Source: Octopus vulgaris
Lineage: Eukaryota
NCBI GenBank assembly: GCA_951406725.2
Contig: OX597826.1
Coordinates: forward strand, 30,938,001 to 31,002,000
Direction of reading: 5' to 3'
DNA: 64,000 nt
Shown piece after piece: positions 11,900 through 26,386 of this stretch. How positions within the stretch are numbered: the stretch's first letter is position 1; each line of letters begins with the position of its first letter. The notes under the pieces were generated by a model. That model saw only the letters and a program-made list of their open reading frames with translations, had not been told where the DNA came from and did no database searches. The translations under genes and the position numbers were made by a program.

Positions 11900-12510
11900 T
11901 TACTCATTCATTTTCAAAGTCATTGATTTAATTATCCTTTCGTTTACTCATTCATAAACTCATTCATATATACTCTTTCATTTGTTCAATCACAAATTTT
12001 TTTCACTTTCAATTCTTTATTCCTTCTGAAAGTCATTTGCCCATTTATTCATTCTTTCACTATTTATAAACTCAGTGACACGTTATTTCTTTCTTCATGA
12101 ATTCATTCATTCATTATTTCATTAAATGATTCATTCAGAAACTCATTTATTTGTTCATTCTTTCATTCATTCAATTATTCGTCTATTCATTTTTTATTCA
12201 TAAGCTCCTTCATTCTTTGTATTATTCAATCCTAAATTACTTATAAAGTCCTTCACTCATTCACTCATTCTTTTATTTATTCACTCATAAACTCATTTAT
12301 ATTTTCATTCATCCATTTGCTCATTCTTTATCCATTTATAAATTTTTTCACTTATTCAGTTACCTTTTCACTATTCATAAACACAGTCATTCATTTATTA
12401 CTGATTTTTTTCATAATTCATAAACTCATTCAGAAAATTCCTTCTTTCATTTACTCATTCATAAACTCATTCATACTTTCAAACTCATCCAATTCCTCAT
12501 TCTCTCGTTC
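11900..12510. repeat. Degenerate (TTCA)n / cattcataaact satellite-like tract
   Basis: Repeated attcataaactcattcat motifs; a similar tract lies at 14260-14700. Confidence 0.75.
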
Positions 12511-13029
12511 TTATACAAACTGAAACCAATTATGGCCGCTGTAATCTTCGTAGACTCCTGATAAATCCAGTTCGCGACTTGATTTCAATTCTTACACGAA
12601 ACCAAAACAATTCTTTCCACTGGCACCACCAAAATAATGTCTTGGGAACGTCTTTAAACCTTACATCTTCTCCCTCTCCCCACTCTTCTCTAAACTACAG
12701 AATCTTTTGTTGCTTATCAAAAGAAGTTAATTATGACATCTCCCGCCGTCCTCATCTCCGCTTCTATTGCCGCCCCTACATCGTCATCGCCGTTTAGCGT
12801 GACATTGTTCTCGTTGTTATTGCTAATAATTGTTGTTTTCATTACTGTTGTTGTTGTTGATGGGGTTCTCGATGTCGTTGTTCTTTCTCTCATCTCCACC
12901 CATTTCACCCTACTTCACACGCACGCACACGCACACATTTATGTACCCAATTACGCTGGGCCTGTATATGGAATATTTTGGGTCTTTAAAAGACTTCGCC
13001 AGTGATGACTTGTAAACGATGATAGAAAA

Positions 13030-13384
13030 GAACTCTCTCTCTCACTCACTCTTTCTTTCCTTCTCTCTCTCATTCATTCATTTTTCTCTCTTCCCTCTGT
13101 CTCTCTACTCTCTCACTCTTCTTTCCTTCCTTTCTCTCATCTCTCTCTTCTCTCTACCTCCTTTCTGCTCTCCTTTTCCCCTCCCTCTCTTTCCCCCTCT
13201 CTCCCACCTACCCACTCTCCCTACTTCCTCTCGCCATTTCTCCCTCCCTCCTCTTCCCTCTTCTCCACTTCCCTCTTCTCCTCTCACTCCTCTCACTCCC
13301 TCCTCTCCACCTTTCCTCTCTTTCCCTTTTTCTCTCCTACCTCTCACTTCTCACTCACATTATCCCCCTCAATCCTCACGCTCA

Positions 13385-13439
<55 letters not shown>

Positions 13440-13450
13440 TCTCTCTCTAC
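13030..13450. repeat. Polypyrimidine / (CT)n tract
   Basis: Strongly C/T-biased on the + strand. Confidence 0.9.
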
Positions 13451-13589
13451 CTGCCTGTCTGTTTGTCTATTTGGCATTCTATTAATATATATACTTATTC
13501 TTTTTTTTAATCACTCTTCTCAGGATTGGTGGTGGTGGGGGGGTAGGCATTAGTTTCTTCTTTTTAGTTTGTTTGTTTTTGAGTTGGTT

Positions 13590-14180
13590 GGGTAGATGGG
13601 CAGAATCTTCAACGCTTTGCTGTATTTGTTCCAGCTCCTTACATTCAGAGTTCAATTCTCATCGAGGCCAACTTTACTTTCCATCCCACTCCCGAGTCTA
13701 TAAAAATATAATAGCATCTTCTACTGGAGCCGATGTTGTCGCTTACGTCCCTCTCCTCAAAATTTATGGCCTTGTGCCAAGATTCGAAATCAGAAAGCAG
13801 AGGGCTGGTAGAATCTTCAGAATGTTGTAAAACACGCCTTGCTGGGCCGCACGGGATTCGTCTCTAGAAGCAAAGGAAAAGCCGACGCTTCAGAGCCGTA
13901 ACGTCGCGAAGAACCAAAGTGCGGTGCGGCCGCAAATCGTGCTTTTGTTTTTTTTCTTTCTCCCGATGCTCATCCTCACTTCCTTCTACAATCATTTCTT
14001 TTTCGTCAGAATATTGGAAAACACGCCCTGCAGCATTTACTCCAGTCTTTTACGTTCAATGCTCAAATGTCTCCGAAGTAGACTTTACTTTTCATCTTTC
14101 CGGGATTGAAAGAGCAAAGAACCAGTCAAGTACTCGGAGTACCAGTCAAATACTCCTTGTGCCTAAATCAGAAACCATTA
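13590..14180 (+). mobile_element. Two degenerate SINE group B copies
   Basis: ggcagaatc..gagttcaattc..cgaggccaactttactttccatcc..ggccttgtgccaag, and a second copy near 14005-14180. Confidence 0.6.
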
Positions 14181-15730
14181 TTTTTTTTTTTCATTGTTGT
14201 AAGAAATTACTTTGTTTTGTTGTTGTGGCTTTACATGTTTCATTTCTTCATGTGTTTGTTCGTAAACTCATTCTTTCGTAAACTCATTCTTTCGAAAACT
14301 CCTTCTTTCAGTTAATCGCAAACTCTATTCATTCTTGCATTTATTCATTCATCCATAAATTCATTCGTTTATTTGCTCATTCTCTCAATTATCTATTCAT
14401 TCATAAACTTATTCATTCATTTCATTTTCTCATTTATTTATTCATTTATAAATTTGTTTATTCAATTACTCTTTCTTTCATTTACCCATTTTTTTCCTTA
14501 TTCATAAACTCATTCATCCAGGTACTCATTCTTTCATTTATTTATTCAATCCTAAATTCTTTCAAACAATAAGTCATTCCTTCATAAACTCATTCATTTT
14601 GTCTTTCATATATAAAGTTATTCATTCTTTTACTCACACACTCTCTGACTCCGTCATTCATTCTCTCACTCATTCGCCTTTTTATTCTTTCACACCCTCA
14701 TTTTTCCTTCCTCCCTCCTTCCCTTCTTCCTTTCATTCATCTATACATGAAGTGTCACACTAACAACATGGAGGTGGGAGTGAGGCTTGTTGACACTTCA
14801 CACTCCTACCCTCTGTTCCTCTTCCTCCTTCTCTAGCCCTTGTTTTCTTCCTCTCCCTAAACCCCATTTCCTCTCCCCCTGCTCTCCCTGTATCCTTTCC
14901 CGCCCTCTCTAATATTCTTATTCCTTTCCTTTTCCTCTTATTCTTTTACTTGTTTTCCTTCACCTTCTCCTTCCTACTTTCTCTCTTTATATCTTACCCA
15001 CTGCTAGCTCAGTCTACCTAGCCTGTAAATAGGTAATCTACATCCTTCAATTCTGCTCCACTTCCAGCCACCACCATTCATACTTTCACTTTCACTTTCA
15101 AAACTCTCATCATTTCCTTTCTCCTATTTTCCTAACCCACATCAGTACTTACCCCCACCACATTGAACTCCTCACCACTAGCACCGATCCCCCAGCCTTC
15201 AATGACCCCCTCTTCTAATTGCTTTACATCATTTCTTTACCTTCTCTTCCCCTTCCTTCTCCTCCTCCTCTACCTTTAACTTCCCCCTTCTTCTCACTCT
15301 CCCCGCTACTATTAGTCCTCAGTTTTTCTTTACCCCACCACTCCTGCATTTCTCTGGCTTGTTAATGCCAGCCTCTTTCTCATTTTAGTCTTTATCTTAC
15401 ACTCCCTCAGTCTTTCCCCCTCAATCTCTCTCTCTTTCTATCTACCTACTTATCTTTTTATCTGTCTGTCAGTCTATCTCTCTATCTTATTATCTACTTA
15501 TAAGTTTGTCATTCTACCTACCTATTTACCTACCTATCTACCTACCTATCTACCTACCTATCTACCTATCTACCTACCTACCTACCTACCTACCTATCTA
15601 CCAACCTATCTATCTATCAATCTACCTATCTATCTATCATTTATATGTCTGTCTATCCATCCATCCTTCTATCTCTCCTCATTGCTCTAGCTGCTTATAT
15701 CTCCATCTATCTATCTATTTCTCTATCTCG

Positions 15731-15773
<43 letters not shown>

Positions 15774-15889
15774 CTACCAGCTTTCCTCTTTTTTTCTTTT
15801 TCCCTCCTTTTCATTCTTAGTCTTTTTTCTTTGTTTTTCCTTCGTTTTCCTTTTTTCTTCATTTAACTCTCTTTTTATCTTTGTTTTTC

Positions 15890-16213
15890 ATTCTTTTTGT
15901 AAGCCCAGTACTTATTCTATCGGTCTCTTTTTGCCGAACCGCCAAGTGACGGGGACGTAAACACACCAGCATCGGTTGTCAAGCAATGCTAGGGGAACAA
16001 ACACAGATACACAAACACACACACATACATACATATATATACATATATACGACAGGCTTCTTTCAGTTTCCGTCTACCAAATCCACTCACAAGGCATTGG
16101 TCGGCCCGGGGCTATAGCAGAAGACACTTGCCCAAGATGCCACGCAGTGGGACTGAACCCGGAACCATGTGGTTAGTTAGCAAGCTACTTACCACACAGC
16201 CACTCCTGCGCCT
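15890..16213 (-). mobile_element. SINE group A, young copy
   Basis: Reverse complement starts ggcgcaggagtggctgtgtggtaag..ggttccgggttcagtccc..gcatcttgggcaagtg. Confidence 0.9.
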
Positions 16214-16224
16214 ATAGCCACTCC

Positions 16225-16240
16225 TGTATATATATACACG

Positions 16241-16289
<49 letters not shown>

Positions 16290-16349
16290 GTATGTATATA
16301 TATATATATATATACACGTATGTATATATATATATATATATATATACAC

Positions 16350-16383
<34 letters not shown>

Positions 16384-16388
16384 GTATG

Positions 16389-16441
<53 letters not shown>

Positions 16442-16444
16442 ACG

Positions 16445-16488
<44 letters not shown>

Positions 16489-16886
16489 CACGTATGTATA
16501 TATATATATACGTATGTATATATATATATATACGTACGTATATATATATATATATATATATACGTATGTATATATATATATACGTATGTATATATATACG
16601 TATGTATACACATACATATGTATATATATATATATACGCATGTATATATACGCATGTATTATATATATATATATATATGCGTATGTATTATATATACGTA
16701 TTATATATATATATATATATACACGTATGTATATATATATACGTATATATATGTACGTATGTATATATATGTAATGTATATATATATATGTACGAATGTA
16801 TATACGTATGTTTATGTATATAAGTATGTATATATATATGTATGTACGTATGTATATGTATGTATATATATGTATATATATATATG

Positions 16887-16943
<57 letters not shown>

Positions 16944-16988
16944 ATATATATATGTGTATATATATATATGTATGTATGTATATATATA

Positions 16989-17031
<43 letters not shown>

Positions 17032-17274
17032 GTATGTATATATATATATATATATGTATGTATATATATATGAATGTATATATATATATATATGTATGTA
17101 TATATATATGAATGTATATATATATATATGTATGTATATATATATGAATGTATATATATATATATGTATGTATATATATATGAATGTATATATATATATA
17201 TGTGTATGTATATATATGTGTATGTATATATATATGTATGTATGTATATATATATATATATATATATGTGTATG

Positions 17275-17364
<90 letters not shown>

Positions 17365-17365
17365 C
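16225..17365. repeat. 1.1-kb interrupted (TA)n with cacg/tatg variants
   Basis: Direct inspection. Confidence 0.95.
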
Positions 17366-17914
17366 ATATATTTTCTTTATTAGTATTAAGCATGTATGTG
17401 TGTCTATGTAGTATGTATGTACTCACATCGATTGATAGATATTACCTGTATACGCATTGACTCAGATTCACGCAGAAATGCACACAAACACACGCACGCA
17501 CACACTCACACACGCACATACACACGCACAGTAACGCAGACTCGGAAACATCACCTATCCATCCCCTCTGCCCATACCTGTTCCTACAACTCGCTACTTT
17601 CACTATCATTTCCTCCTCGTCCTTCCTATTGTTTACATACACACTTCCTCCCTATCCTCACTCCGCACACTTCGTTCTCTTACCTGTCTCTACCTATTCC
17701 TCCCTTTCTAACACTACCTCCCACTACTTCCTACCTGCATCATTATAACAATCCGCGAGAAAGCCACTCTCTCTTGACATGAGTATCATGCGAAATGATT
17801 GCTGTTATCTCTGTTACCGGTGTTTCCTGAGCACACAACCACACGCACACACGTACAGGCAGGCATACGCACACATACTCACAAACACATGTACGCATAT
17901 ACATACACACACAC

Positions 17915-17989
<75 letters not shown>

Positions 17990-18189
17990 CAGACACACAC
18001 ACATACAAACATGTACAGGTACACATGGTACCTAAAAGATTATTTTAAATGCTAATGCACATGTAGTAACTTCGAAGTTACTTTCGACTTCTTGTTTGTA
18101 AAAATAAAATGTATATAATCATTTACTTAAAGGTGTTGGTTAACGTTTCATTTATATGTAACTAGCTGTGAAAACGGACATTATTAGGA

Positions 18190-18231
<42 letters not shown>

Positions 18232-18363
18232 CTATCTATTTATCTGTCTGTCTATATATATATGCGTGTGTGTGTATCAATACTTGTCTCTCGTTTTCCC
18301 TCTCTTTATATATACATGTAGTATATATATATATATTTATATATTTATATATATATATATGCG

Positions 18364-18440
<77 letters not shown>

Positions 18441-18785
18441 GTACACACACGTGTGTATGTGTGTGTGTGCATATGAATACATTTATACATCTGTACCTGT
18501 GTTCATATGTATATATACATTTATGTTTATATAGCTTACCTTTGTGCATAATACACGCATGTACGCCGCACATATACATAGATATATGTATATACACTCA
18601 CACATACAAACACACACACATACAGTTGACAGACATTGCATGCAGATCCCAATTCTAAAATTCCCGTTTTTTTTTTATAAATTTAAATTTGCGTGCTCTT
18701 ATTTCAGAAATTGGCTTCTTTTCTTCTCGTTTTGCAAGAATTAGGTGGAGTTTGTAAGAAAGCAAGTAATACTATGATATATATG

Positions 18786-18821
<36 letters not shown>

Positions 18822-19693
18822 CATTTATAATATAATGTAATGTAATAAAATATGACACATCATTATGTATTAATACTAAGTCAAATATAACTGGTTTTGA
18901 AGATGTGATAACAAAATACTCACCTGAGAAACACACCTTTACATACATGCGTGCACACGTACACACATACATACGCATACGTTGCCAATACACACACATA
19001 CATACTCACACACACTCAATGCTCGCGCAATACACGCAACACGCACAGAGGCACGCAAACAAAATAAATAAATAACTCTCTTTTAGTCTACATCAGTGAC
19101 GAAGAAGAACAGTACTAATAATAATTATAATAATTATGATCCTTCTTGTAATGATAGTAAGAATGATAAAATAATAATAATAACAATAAAGAGAAGATCC
19201 TTATTTTGTCACAATAACGACGGAAGAGAGGATATTTACTTATTCGTTCGAAAAGGCGGGAATATATCAAATTAAGTAAGACGCATGCGCTAAAACCTAG
19301 GATATACACACACAAATACATACATACATATAAATATATATATATATATATATTACCTGTGTATGGAGTGACTATTTACACATCAGTTCTAAATATACGC
19401 ACACGTACTCTTACTCTGCTCTTTCTCCCTCTCTCTCTCTCTTATTCTTTTACTCTGTCTTTCTCTCATTCATTTTGTGTTCATCTCCGTTGAACCTTAC
19501 CCAAAAACCAACACCACGACCAAATTATAACCTTTACACAGAGGAATATTCTATGACTTACGGCATCTAACAGTTTATACTGTTCTTTTTCTGTTCGTTT
19601 GAGTTCATTTTGTTGTTTGTGTTTTATATTTTCGTGGTGTTTTTGGTGTAGTTTGTGTGTGTGTTTGAAAAATTTACCTTGAACAAATCAAAG

Positions 19694-19717
19694 ATGGACA
19701 GTTGCTTTACTCGCCAG
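19694..19717 (+). CDS. Candidate first coding micro-exon MDSCFTRQ of an unidentified gene
   Basis: Kozak-like caaagATGG, 8 codons, then consensus donor CAG|GTAAGT (phase 0); lies in unique, transposon-free sequence with a T-rich intron start. Confidence 0.35.
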
Positions 19718-20003
19718 GTAAGTTCGTCTTGTTTCTTTTTTATTATTTGTTTTCATTTTTGAGAGGGTTGGCTCCTGTTTTCATTAAAAGCAATTATTTT
19801 TGTAATATGTAATTGCATTTCAGTATTGGTTAAATAACAGGTGTGGATGTTGGGTTTGATGGAAAGATAATTAGATAAGTAGATGGACGGTAACATTGAT
19901 AGTTACATAAAGTGCGGGGTGGACAGGTGAGACAGATAGAAAGAGGAAGATAGATAGATGAATAGACACACAGAAAAATAGCTAGACTGATAGATGGAAT
20001 GAT

Positions 20004-20055
<52 letters not shown>

Positions 20056-20263
20056 GTGCACATGAGTCGGAAAGTTGGAACACAAAAAGAAAGTGAAAGT
20101 AAGACAACAATATCATTACATATACGTACATATATATATAGATTTACATATATACTTATACCTGTGTGTGTGAGTGCGTATGTATATATATATATATATA
20201 TGAATGTATGTATTTGTATGTATGCTTATATTTATATACGTGTGTATTGTATAGATAGATAGA

Positions 20264-20308
<45 letters not shown>

Positions 20309-20982
20309 ATAGATGTTTGTATATATAGATAGATAGATGTTTGTATATATAGATAGATGCTTGTATATGTATATATAGATAGATAGGTGTGTGTATATAT
20401 ATATGTGTATATATATAGAGAGAGATAGATAGATAGATAAATATGTGTGTGTATACAGATAGATAGATTAATTGATAGATAGATAGATATATATATATAT
20501 ATATAAACTAATATTATGTATATATGTACATATTGTATATATACTTCAAATAATTCTCACTCGATACTAACAGCTTTTTATTTATCTTCTAAAATATTTA
20601 AAATGTATAAATACAAATTATTTCTTAATATCTGTTTACTCAATAAATCCTAGAAGTATCTTAACAATACTTGGCACTGCCAAACAAATATAACACCTGT
20701 AATAGGTGATACCATACCTTCAATATACCAATTATGAAACAGGTAAGACTTAATCAAGTGTATATGTACCCATTATGTATATACATTTTGTTATGTGACC
20801 TTTATTTGCGTACCCTGTAAATAGGCACACCTTTGTACGTACCCGATATTTTAAATATCATACGTACCCTGTGTTTTAATCATTTTAGAAAAGTTTAAAA
20901 TGCATCTGCATATTATTAGAATAGTTTTATTTTAATTATTCTAATCTCATAAGTCTTAAAAGTAAGGTGTGTGTATATATAG

Positions 20983-21140
20983 AGGCATGGATGTGGGATA
21001 AGAAGCTAGCTTCCTAACCACATGGTTCCGGGTTCAGTCCCGCAGCGTGACACCTTGGGCAAGTGTCTTCTACTATAGCCTCGGGCCGAGCAAAGCTTTG
21101 TGAGTGGATTTTGCAGACGGAAACTGAAAGAAGCTCGTCT
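20983..21140 (+). mobile_element. SINE group A 5' half
   Basis: ccacatggttccgggttcagtccc..caccttgggcaagtgtcttctactatagcc. Confidence 0.85.
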
Positions 21141-21797
21141 TGTATGTATATACATACATAAGTGTGTGTGTGTGTGCGCGCGAGTGCGCGTTTATTTGAT
21201 TTGTTTAATGAAAATCAAATATAGGAAGATTTGAGCATCAAATTAAAGCACAATATTTATTAATTTTTACAACGAAAGGTTTGACAATGACTTCGAAGTT
21301 ACTCTCAACTTTATCCTTATATGTGTGCGTGTATACAACTATATATATATATATAGACATACACACTTATATGCACATATATGTGTGCATGTATGTAAGC
21401 ATTTGGTTGTATGTATGCATATATTACTCGAGTTCCTGTTGATTGCAAAAGTTGCAGTAAATATATGGTGAAGGCTAATCTTCTCAATGCACACACACAC
21501 ACACACACACTCACGCATGCAGTATACTAGTAGTAGTAGTAATAGTAGTAGTAGTAGTAGTAGTAGTAGTAGAAGTAGTAGTAGTAGAAGAAGTAGTAGT
21601 GGTGGTGGTGGTGGTAGCTATTACTGATAATGATGAATGTTCCCTTTTGTTTTTGTCTACTTAGCTCTCACTTCGACAATCTAGGCCTACTAATTAATAC
21701 ACCAGACATCAGCTAATTAAGAAATCCACAAGGTGGTCGCCTCTCCAAAATTGCTAGAATTAACAGCCAGCTCTCTCCCTCTCTCTCTCTCTCCACC

Positions 21798-21841
<44 letters not shown>

Positions 21842-22344
21842 CTCTCTCCCTCTCTCTCCCTCTCTCTCTCTCCCTATCATCTCAAATTCTATGCTGCACA
21901 TTCTGGAAAGTGTACATTGTTAAATGTAACACCCCTGGATACTATAAAGGGGCATAAAAAAATAAAACGGGATTTTGATGACTGGGAAGGTTGGATCCTT
22001 TATTTAGAAGATCAAGGCTGTCCTGAGGTTTAACAACCATAAAAACAACAAGAAAGCAAGCAACAACAACAATTAAAGCTTAGACGTCCGTCAGACATTA
22101 TTATTAAGTCGTTTACCCGAAATAAACCGATTAACACACGATGTTTTAAAGTTTGTTTTGGGTTATTTTTAGCAACTTTTCTGATTTGTTTTACGTAGTT
22201 ATTCATATTGTAAATGTTGCGTGCTAGGCTGACGGTTCTTGACGATCCGTTTGCTTTTCTATACAGGGGTATATAAATATACACGAAACTGCACACACAC
22301 ACACACACACACAAACACATTGACCTACACATACGCACACACTC

Positions 22345-22416
<72 letters not shown>

Positions 22417-22433
22417 GTAGGTAGGTAGGTAGG

Positions 22434-22503
<70 letters not shown>

Positions 22504-22661
22504 TGATAACGCATACACTGACAATACCTGACTGCAAATTCGTCGTTACCTGCGAAAATAACAAGGTAAATAAGGAGTTTAGGCAACATTCAAATGAATA
22601 ATATACATACATGTGTGTGTGTGTGTGCATACAGATATATATATATATATATATATATATA

Positions 22662-22946
22662 TTCTTTTATTTGTTTCAATCATTTGACTGCAGCCATACT
22701 GGAGCGCCGCCTTTAGTCGAACAAATCGAAGCCAGGACTTATTCTTTGTAAGCCTAGTACTAATTTTATCGTCGTTTGACGGAAGTATCTTTTGCCGAAC
22801 TGCTAGATAACGGGGACGTAAACACACGAGCATCGGTTGTCAAGCGATGGTGGGCGGACAAACACACAAACATATATACATATACGCTCAAACATATACA
22901 CGCACAAACATATACACATATGCACGCACACATACACACACGCACG

Positions 22947-23000
<54 letters not shown>

Positions 23001-23130
23001 ACAGACTACTTTCAGTTTCCGTCGACCAAATCTACTCACAATGCTTTGGATGGCCCGAGGCTATAGTAGAAGACACTTGCGCAAGTTGTGATTGGTAAGC
23101 AAGCTACTTACCTCACAGCCACTCTTGCGC
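22662..23130 (-). mobile_element. SINE group A with expanded (CA)n middle
   Basis: Tail catttgactgcagccatactggagc through head cacagccactcttgcgc. Confidence 0.85.
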
Positions 23131-23143
23131 ATATATATACATA

Positions 23144-23214
<71 letters not shown>

Positions 23215-23216
<2 letters not shown>

Positions 23217-23422
23217 TTTACTCTTTTACCTGTTTCAGTCATTTGACTGCGGCCATGCTGGAGCACCGCCTTTAATCGACCAACTCGACCCCGGGACTTA
23301 TTCTTTTGCAAGCCCAGTACTTATTCTATCGGTCTATTTTACCGAACCGCTAAGTAACGGGGACATAAACACACCAGCATCGGTTTTCAAGTAATGCTAG
23401 GAGGACAAACACAAACACACAA

Positions 23423-23473
<51 letters not shown>

Positions 23474-23625
23474 TACGACGGGCTTCTTTCAGTTTCAGTC
23501 TACCAAATCCACTCACAAGGCTTTGGTCGGCCCGAGGCTATAGTAGCAGACACTTGCCCAAGGTGCCACGCAGTGGGACTGAACCCGGAACCATGTGGTT
23601 GGTAAACAAGCTACTTACCACACAG
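23215..23625 (-). mobile_element. SINE group A
   Basis: Body near consensus. Confidence 0.9.
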
Positions 23626-23626
23626 A

Positions 23627-23888
23627 TTTATATTTACTGGCCCTTCAATATGTTTGGGTTGTTTTTCCTCTTTTTCTCGTACTTTTGGTTATGTAGCGAG
23701 TTGGATGGGCGTGTCCTTCTTCGTCCTACCTGCTGCGATGTGGCTTTATCTGGTATCTCAGACAGAAATTTGTGCAGACGCTCTTTGAAGAATTCAACAT
23801 CTACACCTCGCAAAACAAGGAGGTTGTTTGTCAGAATGTTGAATAGTTGTTGGGCCCTTGGAGCCCAAGCTGTAACAGTACTGGATAT
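23627..23888 (-). mobile_element. CR1-type LINE 3' end fragment
   Basis: Minus-strand translation (with a frameshift) about IQYCYSLGSKGP..LFNILTNNLLVLRGVDVEFFKERLHKFLSEIPDK..SNSLHNQ, homologous to 27661-28115. Confidence 0.75.
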
Positions 23889-23902
23889 CTATATCCAGTA
23901 CT

Positions 23903-23936
<34 letters not shown>

Positions 23937-24250
23937 TATGTATATACATATGTCCCCATAAATTAGCGATTCGGCAAAAGATTTCGATAGAATAAGTACT
24001 AGGCTTACAAAGAATAAGTTCTAGAGTTAGTTTGCTTGACTAAAGGTAGTGGTCCAGCATTGTCGTAGTCAAATGACTGAAACAAGTGCACGAATATACA
24101 CACACACACCTTATCTGCATACATACATACATACTTACATAAATGCATACATACACGCGCCACACACATGTATATTTAACACAGAATTGTGCGTGACGCC
24201 ACGGGCTGGACTGCCTACGTGAACAGTTCAGTCTGGAGTGACTGCAAATG

Positions 24251-24306
<56 letters not shown>

Positions 24307-24454
24307 CTGCATATAGACAGACAGAAATGATTAAGATTCAGTTGAATTAGATACCTAAGTTAAGGCACCAGGTCAGTCCGGTATCATCTGCACAGCTCGA
24401 AGGTGAATATAGGCTTTTTATAGATAGATAGGTAGGTAGATAGGTAAGTCGATC

Positions 24455-24528
<74 letters not shown>

Positions 24529-24578
24529 GAAAGGGAGATATATAGAGAGATAGAGAGAGATATACAGACAGATATAGT

Positions 24579-24784
24579 TACGAGGGGATGCTGAAAAGTT
24601 CCTAGTTTTAAGGGTATCGTAAAAGGTCTGGTTGGAAGCCCAACCTTCCGAGTTCTTTTTAACTGAAGGACCGCTGCAACAGGTGTGTGAATCTGAGAGG
24701 GGAATATGTGGAATAAAATTATAATTAACTGATCCTCCTGTATTTTCTTTTACCCAAAGCCAGGAACTGTTTAGCACCACCTTA
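24579..24784 (+). mobile_element. Mariner-derived MITE
   Basis: TIRs tacgaggggatgctgaaaagttcct / aggaactgtttagcaccacctta; internal DRCNRCVNLRGEYVE* resembles a mariner transposase C-terminus. Confidence 0.8.
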
Positions 24785-25500
24785 TGCATGCATGCATGCA
24801 TGCATGCATGTATGCATGTATGTGGTTGGTATGATTTTCGACTTCATCACTTATTAGGGCTCTGGATTGGGAGTACCAGGATTTTGTAGATTGGAAGCAC
24901 TTGTTGGCCCTTGTTATCCCCAAGTTTACTCTGATCCAGAATAGTTTAGCTGGGAGCTATGGGTTCTCTAGCATATGTCATGACAACCGATCCGAATGCA
25001 GGGACGTAGAAATACCCTTGGTTGGTGTTAGGGTACGCAGGAAAGGCACAAGTAATGAGAGATCCCTAGCTGTTGTGACAACATCCATTTAGGAGAGGGA
25101 CACTGCAGAATCACGTGATTACTGGTCACCACACTTCGGCCTGTCTCTAGGTAGCAATTAAGGATGCTCAGAGAGTGACACTATTAAGGCACAATCCATC
25201 GACGCACAGATGTTTTCTTTGAAGTGACCTCATTTGTCATTTCATCTACTGAAAGTCCTTTGGCGATGAAAAAAGTGGTGACATGTGAAGACTCACTCAG
25301 TTGGAAGTACACAATAAGTTGCAGATTTCATCTGTCCCCTATGCATCAAATCATCCAAATCTGCAATGGGGCTGAATAGCAACCATCTGAGAGATCGTGG
25401 ACAAAAGGTCAGAAATGTCATTGTCGATGAGGAAACACAAGGAGACGACAATCATCTCAGAATATAGAGTAATTACCATATATATTATGTGTATTTGTGA

Positions 25501-25542
<42 letters not shown>

Positions 25543-26090
25543 TTTTCTACTCTAGGAACAAGGACTGAAATTTTGGGGGAGGGGGCCAGTCGATTAGATC
25601 GACCCCAGCATGCAACTGGTACTTAATTTATCGACCCTGAAAGGATGAAAGAAAAGTAGACCTCGGCGGAATTTGAACTCAGAACGTTAAGACAGTCGAA
25701 ATACCTATTTCTTTACTACCCACAAGGGGCTAAACACAGAAGGGACAAACAAGGACAGACAAACGGATTAAGTCGATTATATCAACCCCAGTGCCTAACT
25801 GGTACTTAATTTATCGACGCCGAAAGGCTGAAAGGCAAAATCGACCTCGGTGGAATTTGAACTCAGAATGTAACGGCAAACGAAATACCGCAAAATATTT
25901 CGCCCGGCCTGCTAACGTTTCCGCCAACTCGCCATCTTAAAATGTTTTTCTACTCTAGACACAAGGCCTTGAAAGTTTTGGGGGATGGGGTTAGTCGATT
26001 ATAGCCACCCCAGTGCGTAACTGGTACTTATTTCATCGACCCCGAAAGGATGAAAAGCAAAGTCGACCACGGTGGAATTTGAACTCACAA
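25543..26090 (-). mobile_element. SINE group B tandem (dimer plus a third partial copy)
   Basis: Same body and same internal junction as 6483-7245. Confidence 0.88.
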
Positions 26091-26109
26091 CGTATATATA
26101 TAATTTTTT

Positions 26110-26242
26110 TATTTTTTGTAATTATGAGTTTAATTATAATTAGGGTTCAGCAAAAAAACTTGCTTCACCACATCCGGAACTTTGCGGTGAAGCAAATTTG
26201 TTTGCTGAACCCTAATAATTATATTCATAATTATAAAAAATA
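26110..26242. repeat. About 130-bp foldback within a (TA)n-flanked element
   Basis: tattttttgtaattatga..attagggttcagcaaa..ttgcttcacc / ggtgaagcaa..tttgctgaaccctaat..tcataattataaaaaata. Confidence 0.85.
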
Positions 26243-26331
26243 TTGTTTAAGTTTACTTAAAATGGTCCTTTTAACATGCCGAATACTACTTGGTGGAATT
26301 ATTAATTATTAATTAATCAATTAATTTTACC

Positions 26332-26382
<51 letters not shown>

Positions 26383-26386
<4 letters not shown>

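Noticed and set aside
24840-25470. Complex-looking stretches (also 55200-55520, 58320-58680, 63500-63780) as exons
   Set aside because: No coherent ORF or splice signals; probably old LINE remnants I cannot assign
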